A DNA stretch of 60,545 nucleotides, filler included, from Platydemus manokwari (taxonomy: Eukaryota), in NCBI GenBank assembly GCA_037951405.1. It is 5 parts of 5 records of this genome, joined end to end, with 100 filler letters (N's around TTAATTAATTAA, not from the genome) between each part and the next. Parts side by side here need not be neighbours in the genome. Positions count along the whole stretch, not along the records: positions 1 to 13,018 come from JBBMOY011879166.1; positions 13,119 to 27,058 come from JBBMOY011570300.1; 3 more parts are not named here. One strand, written 5' to 3'. Position 1 is the first letter of the stretch; the number at the start of each line of letters is the position of its first letter. Below the pieces are notes generated by a model. It saw nothing but the letters and a program-made list of their open reading frames with translations, made no database searches and was not told the DNA's origin. Shown here in pieces: positions 12,266-26,295 of this stretch. Made by a program: the position numbers and the translations under genes.

Positions 12266-12938
12266 TTAGTAATTCAAATAATGATAATAATACCCAGTGT
12301 CTCAATAATTAAAATGACTTCAATAATAATAATGAATCACTGATAAAATATTCCAGATTTTCAAACTCTAATTATAGCATTCAACAAATTTTTAAACGCA
12401 ATTTCAAAATTCTAAATAATTAGAATGACCGAAAATATATGGCGTTCATATCTTGTACAGGTTCACATTTTCATAATATTTTCAAAATTCGATTCATTAT
12501 TAAATAGATAAATGGATCTTATCGGAATACTGAAAACATAAACAATATTTTCAAACTAAAACCTTATATTAATATAATGATATTCCAATAAATGTATACT
12601 ACGATTGCCAGCCATTAATTTTAGAGAAAACTAAGCCCCCTAATTCTTGTTTTGGAAAAACTGCGAACAGGTGCTATTCATGCAATTAATTGAAGATAAC
12701 GTTTTAATCTCAGATGGCATTAATGATAATGGGCTGATTTTTCTTGATTGGGATTTCATTAAAGATGATTAACATATCAAGTAGCATTATCAGCCCTGTT
12801 CAAATATATTTTCCAAACTGATGAATTACACACCAGCAATCTTCAATGAGGCAAACAAATGAACGATTCTACAGCAATTCCAAAGGAGTGTTAACAATGA
12901 ATTTTATGACTATTTTTTATAATTAAAATTTAAATAAC

Positions 12939-12941
<3 letters not shown>

Positions 12942-12997
<56 letters not shown>

Positions 12998-13018
12998 GTT
13001 ATTGTTATTATTATTATT
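12942..13018. repeat. (ATT)n microsatellite abutting assembly gap
   Basis: Directly visible. Confidence 0.95.
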
Positions 13019-13118
13019 NNNNNNNNNNNNNNNNNNNNNNNNNNNNNNNNNNNNNNNNNNNNTTAATTAATTAANNNNNNNNNNNNNNNNNNNNNNNNNN
13101 NNNNNNNNNNNNNNNNNN
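13019..13118. other. Artificial 100-nt assembly spacer (N44-TTAATTAATTAA-N44)
   Basis: The same construct recurs at 27059-27158, 38480-38579 and 51293-51392. TTAATTAATTAA puts stops in all six frames. Confidence 0.95.
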
Positions 13119-16100
13119 ATTATATTAGTTTATATCAAAATCATGAACCTCATCAACCAACATTTAAAAGTGAGGTTAATATAATTTATAAAATAAATTA
13201 TTAATGAAAATAATATTTAATATCAAATGAGAATCGAAACTGATAAAGATAAATTAAATTTTCGAGAATCATTGGTATTACTTTAATATTGTCTTTTTCC
13301 ACTTGATTATAATACGATAAAAGATCATAAACTTTCAATGGAAATATATAGAGAAGCACGGTGAGGTATTTGTAATCATGATAAATTAATTCAAAATTTT
13401 CTCTAACGTGCTACTTTCATAATATTAGTAATTATGGTTTACATCTATTTTTAGGAAATAATGAATAATTGATAGTGATAGAATAGATGAAATATATATC
13501 TCACAATGTTTATAAGAAAAATTAAACTATTATATTCAATAAATTTTGTAAGATAAGAAATTTCAGTAATTAGAGATTTCAGTGAATGTTAAATATTTAA
13601 TGAATTTAATTTGAGACCTAAAAAACAAACACTTCGTTATGAATACGTTAATAGAAATAATTTCAGTGATATTGATGAGTTATTGAGTATTAAAGGATAT
13701 CAAAATTTTGATTGATTTTATTAGATTTGAACATCAGACATTGGATGATGAAGAATACTAATAAGAAAAACAAGATTATATTACGTATATAAGTTAGATT
13801 TAATAGATGATTATTCTGAAAGATTGACAGATATAGATAGAAAGTATTTTCAATAAATTATAAAATATTTCGTCGCGATACTGATGAATGTTTATGGTAT
13901 TTATTTTAACGAATAGCTCCAAATAGTGTACGGGACTCTTTTAAGTGGCACCGAACATATTTTAAAATGATAAATTGTCTTAAAATATGGACATTATTCA
14001 CATTCAATTGACGTATTAAACAACGTAAGTCTGTTAATAAATTTATTCATTTTCTAATTTTAAAATATTCGAATTGTCAGTAATATTTATTGCTTCATCT
14101 ATGAAATCAAATCATCTAAATGGTGTTACTAATTTTTTTGAAGTGAGGTCTTTATTTGGCATGGAACACAGTTTTTAGTTATCCTTTAGATCACAATCAA
14201 TGATGTGTTGGATAAAAAATATCTTATATGAAATCAAATTTTAAAAAAGGTTTCTTTTATTAATACAAAATTACACCAAATTATTATAGGTTAAAGTGAT
14301 TCCAATTAATATGAGGTACAAATAAAATGATTGATTTTCGTGAACATGATTTTAATAAAGTTATTTATAATGAAGAAATATCAAATAAGTCAGTTGTGGA
14401 TAAACATTTGGTTATATTAAAATATATTATTATGAAATATATTATTCATTTTAATGATTTAGAATGAGTTGACTGATAATAGAAATGAAATAACTTTTGA
14501 TCTGATGAATATAAAATATTGTTGAGTTCGAGATATTGAATATTGGTGATGAATCTTGAAGGAAAATATTATTTCTTTTAATAAATAATAAATTAACGGG
14601 GGAAATTGTTTTTGAAAAGGAAATTGTGTTTAAAAGCTGCAATCGCAAATTTGTAATGTTCAAAACGTTTGGAATCATTTCCGATAACATATTGAGATTC
14701 GTGACAATATGAGGATGTCGGAACAATTGTAATGAGTGACTTAGTAATAAATTGATAAGTAAAAGTATCAGTCCCGTCAAGTCAATATAGTGTTAGTCTG
14801 TAATGATTGTCAATAAATATTTAATAAAACAATGTGTTATCTTATTTACTTTATCGAATAAGTGGAAAAAGTTTTTTGGATTAAAAAAGATCGTTAGAGC
14901 GAATTCATAGAACATTAGAAGAAATTTTATAATGTAAACGAGTAATTTTTATTTAATTGCTAATCCACCCACCGTTAATCTTTAACCAAATTGTCCATAT
15001 ACAATTATAAGATAGTTGCTTATTTGTTACCCATAATCTGTTTGTATTGAAAACCATGCCAGGCTATAAAGGCGGCAAGCCTTAATATTTACTTGAGAGT
15101 CTGTACCTGACAAAACAGAATTGTATCTTAAAATCTATTTAATTTAATTGAGAATAAAATTATCGTCGCTAGTGTTTTGTTCATTTATATATCTGATTTA
15201 TATTTTAACTATTATTATTTTTAATATAACTAAAGGCAAAACAACCAATTAGTTGAAAGAGTCAGATTTTGTTGGGAAATTTTAATAGAACGATTTTATG
15301 TATTATATTACAGTACCTTTTATTGATAATCGTGGTTATTTCAAAAGGCTTGTTCGACATTCTTACAGCATCAAATCTTGGTTTAAAATATATCAAACTT
15401 ATAGTACACAATGCTTTGATGATTCTAGTAGTAAGGACTCATATGGCTCTTTGTTCCTCCGATTCAGACAGACTTTTAAATGAAGAAATGTTGACTTAAT
15501 ATGTCTTCATGAATATCATAATATGAGTATAAATAGTTGTATTATTCTTCAGCTTGAATATCATTCAGAATTAACGTGAGTGGTAAAGTTATTTTTCCCT
15601 TTAAAACGTGCTCATCTCAATAAATGATTTCTATTAAATAAAACCTTGGAAGAAATATGTTTTATTCGAGGCTAGGTAAATAGATTGAGATAGGAGCCAC
15701 TGCGGTGTGTACGAGAATGGGTGATCCTCGGAAATAGTTATAACAGAAAGATTAGCCTGTTATTTCTGACAACTACTGGGTTGAGTGTTATATGGTCTCT
15801 TCCAAGGAATTTCATGTTGTTCATTATGCAAGTTTGATAATAATTATAGTTTTGTTATTTTATTTTATTTTATTAGATCTAGTCATTTTATTCAATATAA
15901 ATTATTTAAAGATAATCAATGAAGACATAAATCATGCACCATAAAATCAAAATTAAATTCACAGTTGATCATGCAACAAATATTATTGATTTCGCCATTA
16001 TTTGGAAGAAATTTGGTTAATTTTGCTCTGGCTTTTTCTAGTTCCAAATTGCTGAAATAAAAAAATAATTCCTCCAGGTGTTTTTTGCAGTTATATATGA

Positions 16101-16720
16101 TGACTATGATGTGCCATCATTCTTGTCGATGAGTATTGCTTTTTGTTACAGTTATTTAAAGTCTATCCTTAATTAATTTCTATATAACTTATATAAATCT
16201 TTAAAAGCAATAGACTTGACTAGTCTTTTAAAATAAAATTATATGAAATCTTTCAACCAGTTTGAATTTATTATTCATTAATTATTCATTAATTATTCAT
16301 TAATGATTTATTAACGTAATTTAATTTATATTTAATTTATTTTGTTTTAATATTTTTCAAAAAATCATCTGGTATATCAAATAATTTTAATGTTTCTTTT
16401 TAAAATTAAAAATTGAAATTTATTGTGCTTTAGACTTTGAATCAAAAAGTAAAATATAATTAACATAATACTGAAATTTAATTTAATAAAAAATGTATGA
16501 TAATATTAATTTGTTAATAAGATTCAATTAATTGAAAAAATTATTTAAATAATTGAAATCCGTATTTTCATTTAAAATTTGAAGGTTTTTAACTGATAAT
16601 TTTAAAATACATTTTATTCTAAATTTAATAATTCATATTAATTTGTTTATTTAAACTGTGTTAACCTTTTTTAAGGAAGACATTCATTTAAATAGACAAT
16701 TGGAAATCCAGTATAATAGA

Positions 16721-18112
16721 ATGAATTCTGAAATACAAAAGCGTACTCAAATTTTAAATCAAAAAGTCAAAGAAATTAAAGTTGAAAGTGAGAAAAAATC
16801 CAAAAACACAGACAATATAAAAACTAATGACAAAAAGTCAGATGAATCGAAAAGTAATTCCACGTCTACTAAAAATAACAGAAAGCGTCCAAATGTTGAA
16901 GATATAAAAGACCATGCAAAACAAACTAAAGTTGAGAAGTCTGCCGATAATTCTACATTAACAAGTCAACCTGCTAAAGCCGGTTCATTTGCCATACAAA
17001 CGAGAATAATTATTTTTTTGAAAGAACGTTTTCTAAACAATGAAGTTTCCTTTCTTTCGATTGACGAAATATTGACAGAAATAAAGGAAAAGGCTTCCAC
17101 TGATATCATAAATCATTTGAAAGTAGTAAGTATCAATAATTTCATTCTTTAAACCAATTGTTTTATCACCATTTTCAATCTTATTAATCAATTTTATTAA
17201 TTTCTTTGAAGTTTTTTTTCTTTTTTATTCAACAAATTCACCGCATTTCCTTGAAATTTTAATTATTTTCCACAAAAATATTATTAAATCATATAATATG
17301 GGTTCAAAGTTAAAAGAAATTGAGTCAGATTTTTCGATTGATAGACGTCCTAAATCCTTTTCCGTAGTTTTTTTTATGGCATTTTAAAAGTCACCAATAA
17401 TCTCCCATTTACGGTCCATTGAATAATAAACGGTTGAAATAATCTGACCATTTATTTAAACACTTGTTTTCCTTGAAATTACGAGTTTAATAAACGCTGC
17501 CAACACTCATGTTCAAAACAATGATTTGAAATTCTCTTTTGCCCATTTAATTAAATATATATGCAGTTCCTTCGAGAAAATTTCAAAATCGAAATCGAAA
17601 ATGAAACCTATCGGTTCAAACCCCGATATCTGATGAGAAATCGAAGTGATTTGTTGAATATTATCAAGAACCGTTACTTGGTGGGTTTGACGACATTGCA
17701 GGATGATGTTTTGGAATCTCACAGGAAAGCTCATGTTTTTATCAAGAAACTGATCAATGAGAAACAGATCTGTTCATTTGAAACCAAAAGAGAACACAAA
17801 GTGATATTGATGTACAAAGAAGATGTTATGCCGATTCCCGAAGGTAAAAAGGATTTGGTTCTCATTTCATTCCATTAATCCCACTTAGATGCAGATATTT
17901 CTATTTATAAGAATCTTTATCAGTTGTGTAAAAGTGAATCACACGATCGAGACAAATATATCAGGGATAAAGAAAATTTAATCAAAACCGATGGCACTGA
18001 GGGTGTTAAAACATTCAAAAAACCATCAGCAAAGGCAACAAAGAAAAAGAAAAGACCGGTTGTTATTAAATCTAATTCCAATTTAGCACATACTTTAGAA
18101 GATTATGATTAA
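16721..18112 (+). CDS. GTF2E2: General transcription factor IIE subunit beta (divergent)
   Basis: Exons 16721-17125, 17567-17843 and 17889-18112 with phase-consistent GT-AG introns (0, 1). TFIIE-beta hallmarks: winged helix GSFAIQTRIIIFLKERF..LSIDEILTE, NFKIEIENETYRFKPRY (cf. NPKIEVIDGKYAFKPKY), basic tail KKKKRPVVIKSNSNLAHTLEDYD (cf. [21 protein letters not shown]). AATAAA at ~18117-18126. Confidence 0.85.
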
Positions 18113-18321
18113 TTTAAATAAATAAACAATTATTCTATGATTTTGATGTTGTTTCACCCCTCGGGTTATAATATTATCACCCAGTGAATTGATAGAGTTT
18201 ACCCTATCATTGAAATCGCTTTCGTTTTATCAAATCACAACAAGAATAATTAATGATAAAGGACAGAAAAAATTAATCATTACCAAAATATTAACACAAG
18301 ATATCAAATGTTTTACTAGTT

Positions 18322-18700
18322 TTATTCGGCAACCACAACGTTATTTGGGATTGATTTTTGTTTCTGGTAAATTGATTTTTTGTTTTTTGGAGATTGGGTA
18401 TTCGTGTATTTGTTGAATATCAGAAATGTTATTTTAAGATAATTGAGATTTTTATTTAGGGACTGTATGGCTCGACCTTCAACAATTTCATTGTCATAAA
18501 AAACTTTTCTAAAATCACAAATATCATTATTTTGATTTATTCCTTTTATTTTGAAACCATTTTTATCTGAAACTTTGTGATACAATTTCGGTTTATTCAA
18601 ACGACCTTTTATATTTTCTTTTGATTTTTCGTCTTTAATTTGAAATATTTCATTTCCTATAAAATCTTTTATCTTCGTCATTATGTTCCCATAGTTTCAT
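18322..18700 (-). mobile_element. Probable Polinton/Maverick-type protein-primed DNA polymerase B C-terminal fragment
   Basis: Translation contains KPKLY...FKIKGI...DFRKVFYDNEIV, resembling the KxY and KxKG motifs of pPolB. Fragmentary. Confidence 0.45.
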
Positions 18701-18899
18701 TTTTAGATACAATAAATTCTATAAACATAAATTCTATAATTTAAACTTATGACATAATATACTTGAATTTATCCTTTGAATCCTAAATTTATCTTTAGGA
18801 AATATTTTTGGTCGAATTTAATTAATTTTGATGTTAAAATCTTGAAGTCTTACATGATTATCAATTTTATAAAAATGATAAATAAATAATAAAATGTTT

Positions 18900-19350
18900 A
18901 AACCAAATTCTAAAATCTACTAAATGGGTATATCATGCTCCTGAAAGTGACCACACAGAATCAACTATAAGCATGAATGAACAAATTCTCAACAATAGCA
19001 GACATATTTGACTACAAAGATATATCAATAATAGGAATTGTCCTATATGCTTGAAGATATAACATATGAAGACGATTATTAATAAATTAATAGATAATTG
19101 AGAATCGATTTGTTTGCAACACAGATTCGACTATATTTAGATCAATGATTATGATTAAATACGACAATGAGAGAGAAAACATTAATAATTAAGACACTAA
19201 ATGTACAAAAAATTATAATATGCTAAGCTGCTTATAACATGAGATAAAAATACGACTCATGTCGGCAACACTAGCAACTTTTGATAAAAATATCAACTGG
19301 GAGATTTGCGAAAGATTTAACCTTATTCAATTAACTGGAACAATATTTTG
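18900..19350 (+). mobile_element. Possible decayed non-LTR retrotransposon (RLE-type, R4/NeSL-like) 3' fragment
   Basis: Broken peptides LFATQ...DTKC...KNINWEICERF resemble the region around the CCHC knuckle and IHWxLC motif. Many stops. Confidence 0.25.
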
Positions 19351-21149
19351 GTCATTTCTTTGGTAAATGCTTCCGTATTTAATATTATACATAAAATAAT
19401 AAATTACACTCTTTTTTTATTATTCACTTTATTTTATAATTATTTTAATTCCTTCTAAAGTAATTGAAAATTCAATTTCCTCTAAATTTAATGCATTTTC
19501 ATGTGATTTATATTTTGATACTTTATTCTCATTCATTTTTACAGAATGAAAATAAGCTAAATAAGGACATATAAGAATTTACTATTATTTTTTTTAATAT
19601 TTAAAATCACATTTTTATTATATAGTAAATCAATATAAATTTCTACAACCGATGACTGATATTTGGATATATGAATTTCAACACTTTCAATATCACTGAA
19701 TATCCAACTAGAACGTGTTAATTCTTGTTCATAATAAAGTCCAAAATGATTTAAATGATTTTAATATTAATATGATCTTACCATAACGACAACACTTAAA
19801 TTAGAATATATTTGTTTATATAAAATCATATTTTTTATTGGAGGAAAAATTTATTTTATATATTAAATATTTTATTTTATATTAAATTTAATTAAAGCTT
19901 CAAATTCTTTTGAAAGGTTCTTTAACAAGATCAATTATTTCATCTATAAGTTTGAAAATTCATCAAATACTTTATTATAATTATTTATCTAATCATAAAA
20001 ATTATTTTCTTCTGATATATTATGATTATTTTGTTCATAAGAAATCTGTTTGAAGTTCTTTGATTTTTATTTTATGAGAATTTGATTTAATATTATTACG
20101 GATTAGGTTTATATCATTTGGGAAAGGCTCATAGGTAAATAGTTTCAATATTTTTCCTTTTTGTCGATTTATTATAATATTATAGAATTATCCTTCCGTG
20201 CGATATTCTTATTTTTAATTTATAAAATTACTTCTTTTATTTTTTTAATAACTTCTTTTGTTTTTAACATCCTACCATTACAAAGAACAGCAAACTAATA
20301 CCACGTGTGGGAAACCATTCAAGTAACTTCGATCCAACCAAATAATAAATATCAGTATACATTTTTTCAAAATGTGGGACATAAATTATAAATATAACAA
20401 TAAGTGAAAGAATTAAAATCACAAAAACTCATAAATTAAAGTGTTTAATTATATCAAAAATTACATTTGTTTAAGTACTTTAAAATAATCAAATATCTTG
20501 CCTGACCTCAAGGTCACAAAAGATTTTATTGGAAACTTTTTTTAGCAACTGTGTCAGTCCTAAAAATAGATTTAGTAAAATTATCAACTAAAATTGTGGG
20601 TTGTTGCTAAATTTAGCACTGACGTGTAAACGTGGCAAGGAATAGTAACAAATATAGGCAAATTTCATAATCATGCACACATAGCACTCTAAACATTATA
20701 TAAACTGAAGGCAATAATCATTTTTCGAACAATTTTATTTCGGCACAGTTTCGAAGATGCAATATTAACTGGCACAAATTTACATCTCCACAAGTTCTAT
20801 TTTATTTACGAAATCCACAGAAGAAACATATCCAACTGATATTTGATTTTATTGTCTGGCTTTTCACAGCAGGAAGAAATTATTCATTATTTTAATTGTT
20901 TCAGGTATAAGCATGAGTTAATTTTTTATTATTTTAATTGAAGCACGATCCACTGCTAGTTTTAGCCTTGCGTTACTAAAAACTCAAATAAGCTTACACT
21001 TTTGCTTCCCCACTGAATTTTTTGAGAGAGACTTGCCCAGCCACTTAAAGGGTAAACACTATATTTTTTGCCTTGATTCTCGAGACCTCACATAAATACT
21101 ATCTATTGTCAAAATAGCTTTGTTTTTGAAACAAAGAAGCATGTCAAAT

Positions 21150-21610
21150 CTTCAATATTTCACTAGCCAATCGTCCTTACATTTCAAATTCCGGAGTCAA
21201 TTTTCAGTGAGCTCAAAAAGACAATTAGAGGTATTCGTCAATCCGAACTAAAAATTCCTTTCGATATGAGCGACAAGTCTAGCGTCTAGAAATATAGAAC
21301 CTATACCATCTAATCATGTTGGAAGACGAGATTCAAAATTCACCTTGATGTCATATGCAATGATATACTTTGGTCTTGGGATCGTCACAATGACAAATTC
21401 TATAGAATATCGGACTTGACAAAAGCACGTCTCGTTTAACTCGAGGTTTATAATAACAGCTTTGCTCAGAGATGCCTACATGACTTACAAGGCTCATAGA
21501 AAATCAAAGAATGCCTGTTGAGGTCGAGTACTAACTCTCCAGGAGTGGCCAACCAAAAATAATGTGTATAACCAAACTATTTGGCACTGTTGCAAAGCAA
21601 ACGAGAAGAC
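21150..21610 (+). mobile_element. Decayed LTR-retrotransposon (Gypsy-like) connection/RNase H remnant
   Basis: GC-elevated block with broken peptides FSELKKTI, IPFDMSDKSS and GLGIV, similar in order to the RT connection-RNase H region. Confidence 0.35.
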
Positions 21611-22571
21611 TTTAAATTAAAGTGTTTAAATATATCAAAAATTACATTTAAAATAATCAAATATCTTGATTTCTGGTCTTTTTAGTTTATTCCGTCATTT
21701 GCGGGTGCTGAGTTGGCTAGTTATTTAATGTGTGTTCAATCCCTGAGAGAGTGATGTCCTTTAGATTGGAATTGTCTGCGTGTCTTGGCAGGGCTGGGTT
21801 AAAGTTTGCTGATAGTTTATGTGGAGCCAGTTTTGAAAAATTTTTGGACGAAGAATTAACATGCATGGGTTATGACTAAATAAACCAAGTCACCACGATC
21901 AGATCATCAAAGAAACGGAAGATCAATAAAATCAGAAGCCACAAGCTTAAGAAAATTCAATGATAGAAAAGAAGTCGTAAAATTTTTTCGGTTGTAAAAG
22001 AAGTTTTAGTGAAGTAAGAACCATATAAGATAAAGAAGAACGTAGGCCGTTATGGAGATTCCCACAGAATTTTGAATTTTTAAGCCCACATCAAGTGCTT
22101 CTTGATTTCCATGGACAGCTTAAATCTCGAATAATTGAGCTATGTTGCTATTGAAATCAATCCAAGTAAATGAAATAATTATAAATATGATAAAAGCTTA
22201 AATTATTTAAATTCAAAATACAGTTCTAAGCACAGTTCAACTATTGGTTTGCAATGTCATTTTAAAAGAGCAAATAATAATAACAATAAATATATAATAC
22301 TATTAGTTCGTAAAATTAGTCAATATATTTTTTATCATAATTTGCAAATAAATTCACCAATTCATTTATTTTAAAATATATAAATTAATTTAATGAAAAA
22401 TAACATGCAAATAATACAAATGTATATTGAGTATTGACTGAGAAATGTTGATCATAATTTTCTTATTTAATTACAAAATTATTTTAGATTTTGAAAATTT
22501 GTTCATTGTTTAAATATCTGAGAAACTTTAAAAAGTCAACAATTATATAAAACTTATTTCAAATTATTTTT

Positions 22572-25500
22572 ATGAATAATACGCGAGGTGATTGCCATAA
22601 AGGCTATCTTTACAAATGGACAAATTATATTAGAGGTTATCAGAAACGGTGGTTTGTTCTTTCAAATGGTTTACTATCATATTATAGGTTAATATTTGTT
22701 TTTCACTGTAAAACCATATTTTATTTGATTCCCCTTTGATTTAGGAATAAAAACGAAGTTTCGCATACGTGTCGTGGAACAATAAATCTATCAACATCGA
22801 CAATCAGAGTACAGGATGGTTGTACAATTGTCATTTCCAATGATTCAAATCAAACTTTTCATTTGAAAGCTCAAAAGGAAAACGAAGCATATCAGTGGAA
22901 TGTAGCTCTTCATTTGGCCAAAGAAACAGCTACCCAGTTAAACAAAGCAGGTATTTCAAAAAAATTAATTAAATTTAAATAAATTATAATGTCATTTAAT
23001 TTATTTTTATTTAATAGATAAGTAATAGCAGATATTTTAAGAAATAATTCCGCATTTATTGGTTGTTATTAATGATAAAATAATTAATGTAATAATAATA
23101 ATCAAATAATATAAACTTGTTCATTTCAAACATTGATTCGAGCAATTTGTCTCGAGTCGTGTGTGCTTGACATACTGAATGGAATTGTTGTCAAACATGT
23201 AATTAATGTTTATTATGATATAATAGTACTGTTGGACATGATATTGTATCAACTATAGAATCTAATTAAATGGATTTTGTCTTTTTTTGTATTGCAATAT
23301 GTGATTTGTCTTGATATGTGCACGACCTCCTTGCCGGAATTGTGATGATTAAACAGGATGACATAACATTATCATTGACGTTGATATATCATGAAGTTCT
23401 CTCTCTCTCTCTCAATATTTGTAATGTTTCAGTAGAATGATTTTGTCAAAGTCCATGTTGAAGTGATTGTTGTGTTGCATAAATCAGGCTTAATGATCTG
23501 AATTCATTTTTATAATAAATGAGCATACACGTTTTCATTTTGTTTTACATGTGTTTAATGTGTTTTTAAATGTGACATGTTCTTTCATAATTGTTTCATT
23601 AATGTGTTTTTGTTTAATAATTTATCTATATTTATATGGTTACATGAGAAATAGATCAATAATTATCTCTCTCTCTCTATATATATAATCAATTTTTTTC
23701 TGTGATTTTTGGTATTGATATGGGAAAAATCAATAAATGTAAGTCGACATTTTTCGAGTTCATTTGTGGAGGAATTTTATTTCAAATCGACAGCAAAAAC
23801 CGTCATAATTTTGTTAATCGATTTGGTTGACATGGATATTTTAAAAAAATTTAATTTTTTATTGACAAAAAATCAATAAATCCATTTATATTTTTCATTA
23901 TTTATTGTTTAAAAATAAATCAATATTTTTGGATTCAACTCGATTCAGTAAGTTGTGGTATTTTTATTTATAGATATTTATAAAATTCAATAAAGCTATT
24001 TCATTAGTGCTGATCTTCCGTGATTTTGGATTCGGCTTGATAGGTATTTATAGGGGGAAAAAATCAATAAATGCCATTCGACATCATCCATACGGGCCAT
24101 CTGTTTTGAAATATTCGTTTCAGTTTTTCATTGATAAGCCGTGTTTGGAAATATTTTCATTTATTTTTAACTTCGTTCAGAATAATTTTTCATCACATCA
24201 TATTTCAACGACTCTCACACCAAAATTTGATCAATTAATTATTGATATGATATTTATAATTTGTGCTAGCAACATTCTATTAATAATATTTCAACTGATA
24301 CCAATTATTGGTGTAATTATATTCAGGTCATTGTTTAGAATATGAACACAAAAAGTATTTATCGAAAATTTTCATTTATTTTATGATTGTTGTTGTATTC
24401 ATATATTTATAATAAATCCATATTGCTATTAAATAAAAGTGAAAGACAAATAATGTGGAAAATTCTGAAAACGTTGGAAAATCTTTGTGATATTGCATTA
24501 ATTATATAATCATTGCGGAACACGGTAATGTCTTTTGTTGGAAAACAAATTGGATTACTATAATATTAAAAATCAAATTTGAATTTACGTGGCTAAAGTA
24601 TATTTAGGAATTACATCATCACGTTATATTAAATGCTTTCTTTACAACCCGAATGACATATTAAATTCCCGGAAAAAGAATTTAGAATGTGGTATTAGGA
24701 ATTGAATAGCTGAAATATTTTCTTTAACGCGATATTCTAATAATTAGGAATCGACTAAATCCAATGGATCATCTTTCGTAGTTAGGTCTTGATTAAAAAT
24801 TACACGTTTGTGCGTAATCAGTTTTAATTCGAAATTTTGAAAAACTATGGATTCATTTTCTTTAGAGGTGGCAATGTAGGGTAAGGTTTAATCATTGTGA
24901 TTAACGATATATTTTTCGGAAATAGAAAGAATGTTTTACCTTGTTAATCTGCTTTGTGAATTATTGTAATTGTCTGTGATGGAAAACGATAGCATAATAG
25001 AACAATGTTTGATTACAGCTTGATGGATTACACTCATCCATTATCGATTTATTAAAAAATCTGTAAATAAAACTTTAATAATTCTGTTAGTCTACAAAAT
25101 ATTATCTAATATTATCTGTTAAATGGCGTGATCGAGAATATTTTAAGATAATAGTTTGTCAGAAAATAGGGGCATTATTTGAATTCCATTATTACACAAC
25201 ACAACACAAGTCTCTTAATAAATTTATTAATTTTCTAACTATTTAATTAGATAATTTACTTTGTATATATTTTTTCATACACATCTTATTTTTCGAGATG
25301 ATCATCAATATCAATATCATTATAAATGTTAAGATCAATGATATTATTTGGAGTGATGGCACTGTTTGTAGAAGTCTTCAATCATTAATATCGATTTCAT
25401 ATTTCCATAATTGCCAGGAATATCATTTGTTAGTGAGATCCTATTGTCAGTTTTTGGTTTCGTTGTGTGAATAACTAACAGTTTTCATTCCAAACTCATA

Positions 25501-26295
25501 ATATTGGTTGTTAGAATATAAATGACTCTTCGTTCTTTTTCTTGGCGTATCTTTAAAGCTTAATTATTATACACCAGACTTTACGTTGTTTCAATAATTA
25601 TGGTTAAGGTTTCGACTAACTTTTGATTTTACTGCAGTCTATAACATCTTGATAAGTGGTTGTTAGTCCATATACGGATGATCTAATTTTACCTTTATTA
25701 TTAATTTTTTTTACCTAATCCTTTTAATATTAAATTACTATATTATAGTTATTATTATTATTAATAATGTTAAATTAAAGTATTAACTTTAATATTAATC
25801 TTATTTGAATCAGTTATAGTTTTAGATGATTCTGATTCCGAAATGGGTGTCGGATCCCCTGTCGATGGGAATTCATTGAATAGGAATGTACTTACCACAG
25901 ATGCATTGCATTTGCCATGCGGTCAACACTGCCAAGATATACCTGATATTTCTCAATATAACAAAGAATTTGAACAAAGACTATTTGACCTTAATACCAG
26001 TGTCACATTAGTGAAAAAAACTGGCGAATCTTTATTGCATGTTTTAAAAGATGTCACCAAAATGAATTCATGTCATAATATTAGCTCCAACTATAGTATC
26101 AACAGTGATTCTAACTCCATCGGTGATTTGAAAAATCAAGACCAATTATCTATTAACAGTCATTCAAGTGGAATTCAACAATCAGAATATCGAGCATTTC
26201 AGCATATTCCCCATTCCAATCCAATGACAGATCTTCTTAATAAATTGAAAGACAAAAATAAAACTTTCTATGTATCAGCACAAGCTTGTGTCAAT
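22572..26295 (+). CDS. OSBP: Oxysterol-binding protein, N-terminal part (PH domain and coiled coil); 3' exons not found
   Basis: Exon 22572-22687: [39 protein letters not shown]. Exon 22745-22950: [60 protein letters not shown]. Together these closely match the OSBP PH domain. Exon 25826-26295 (DDSDSEM...[12 protein letters not shown]|gtaagt) matches the dimerisation coil. Intron phases 2 and 1 are consistent. Confidence 0.92.

Noticed and set aside
13063-13074. TTAATTAATTAA palindrome recurring four times in the window
   Set aside because: Always centred in exactly 100 nt of N padding; an artificial six-frame-stop contig linker, not biology.
16270-16305. Short direct repeats (ATTATTCATTA x3) as a CRISPR-like array
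   Set aside because: Head-to-tail minisatellite without spacers in a eukaryotic context.
24007-24345. 112-aa ORF inside OSBP intron 2
   Set aside because: Ile/Phe-rich composition typical of chance ORFs in AT-rich DNA; the flanking OSBP exons join in phase without it.
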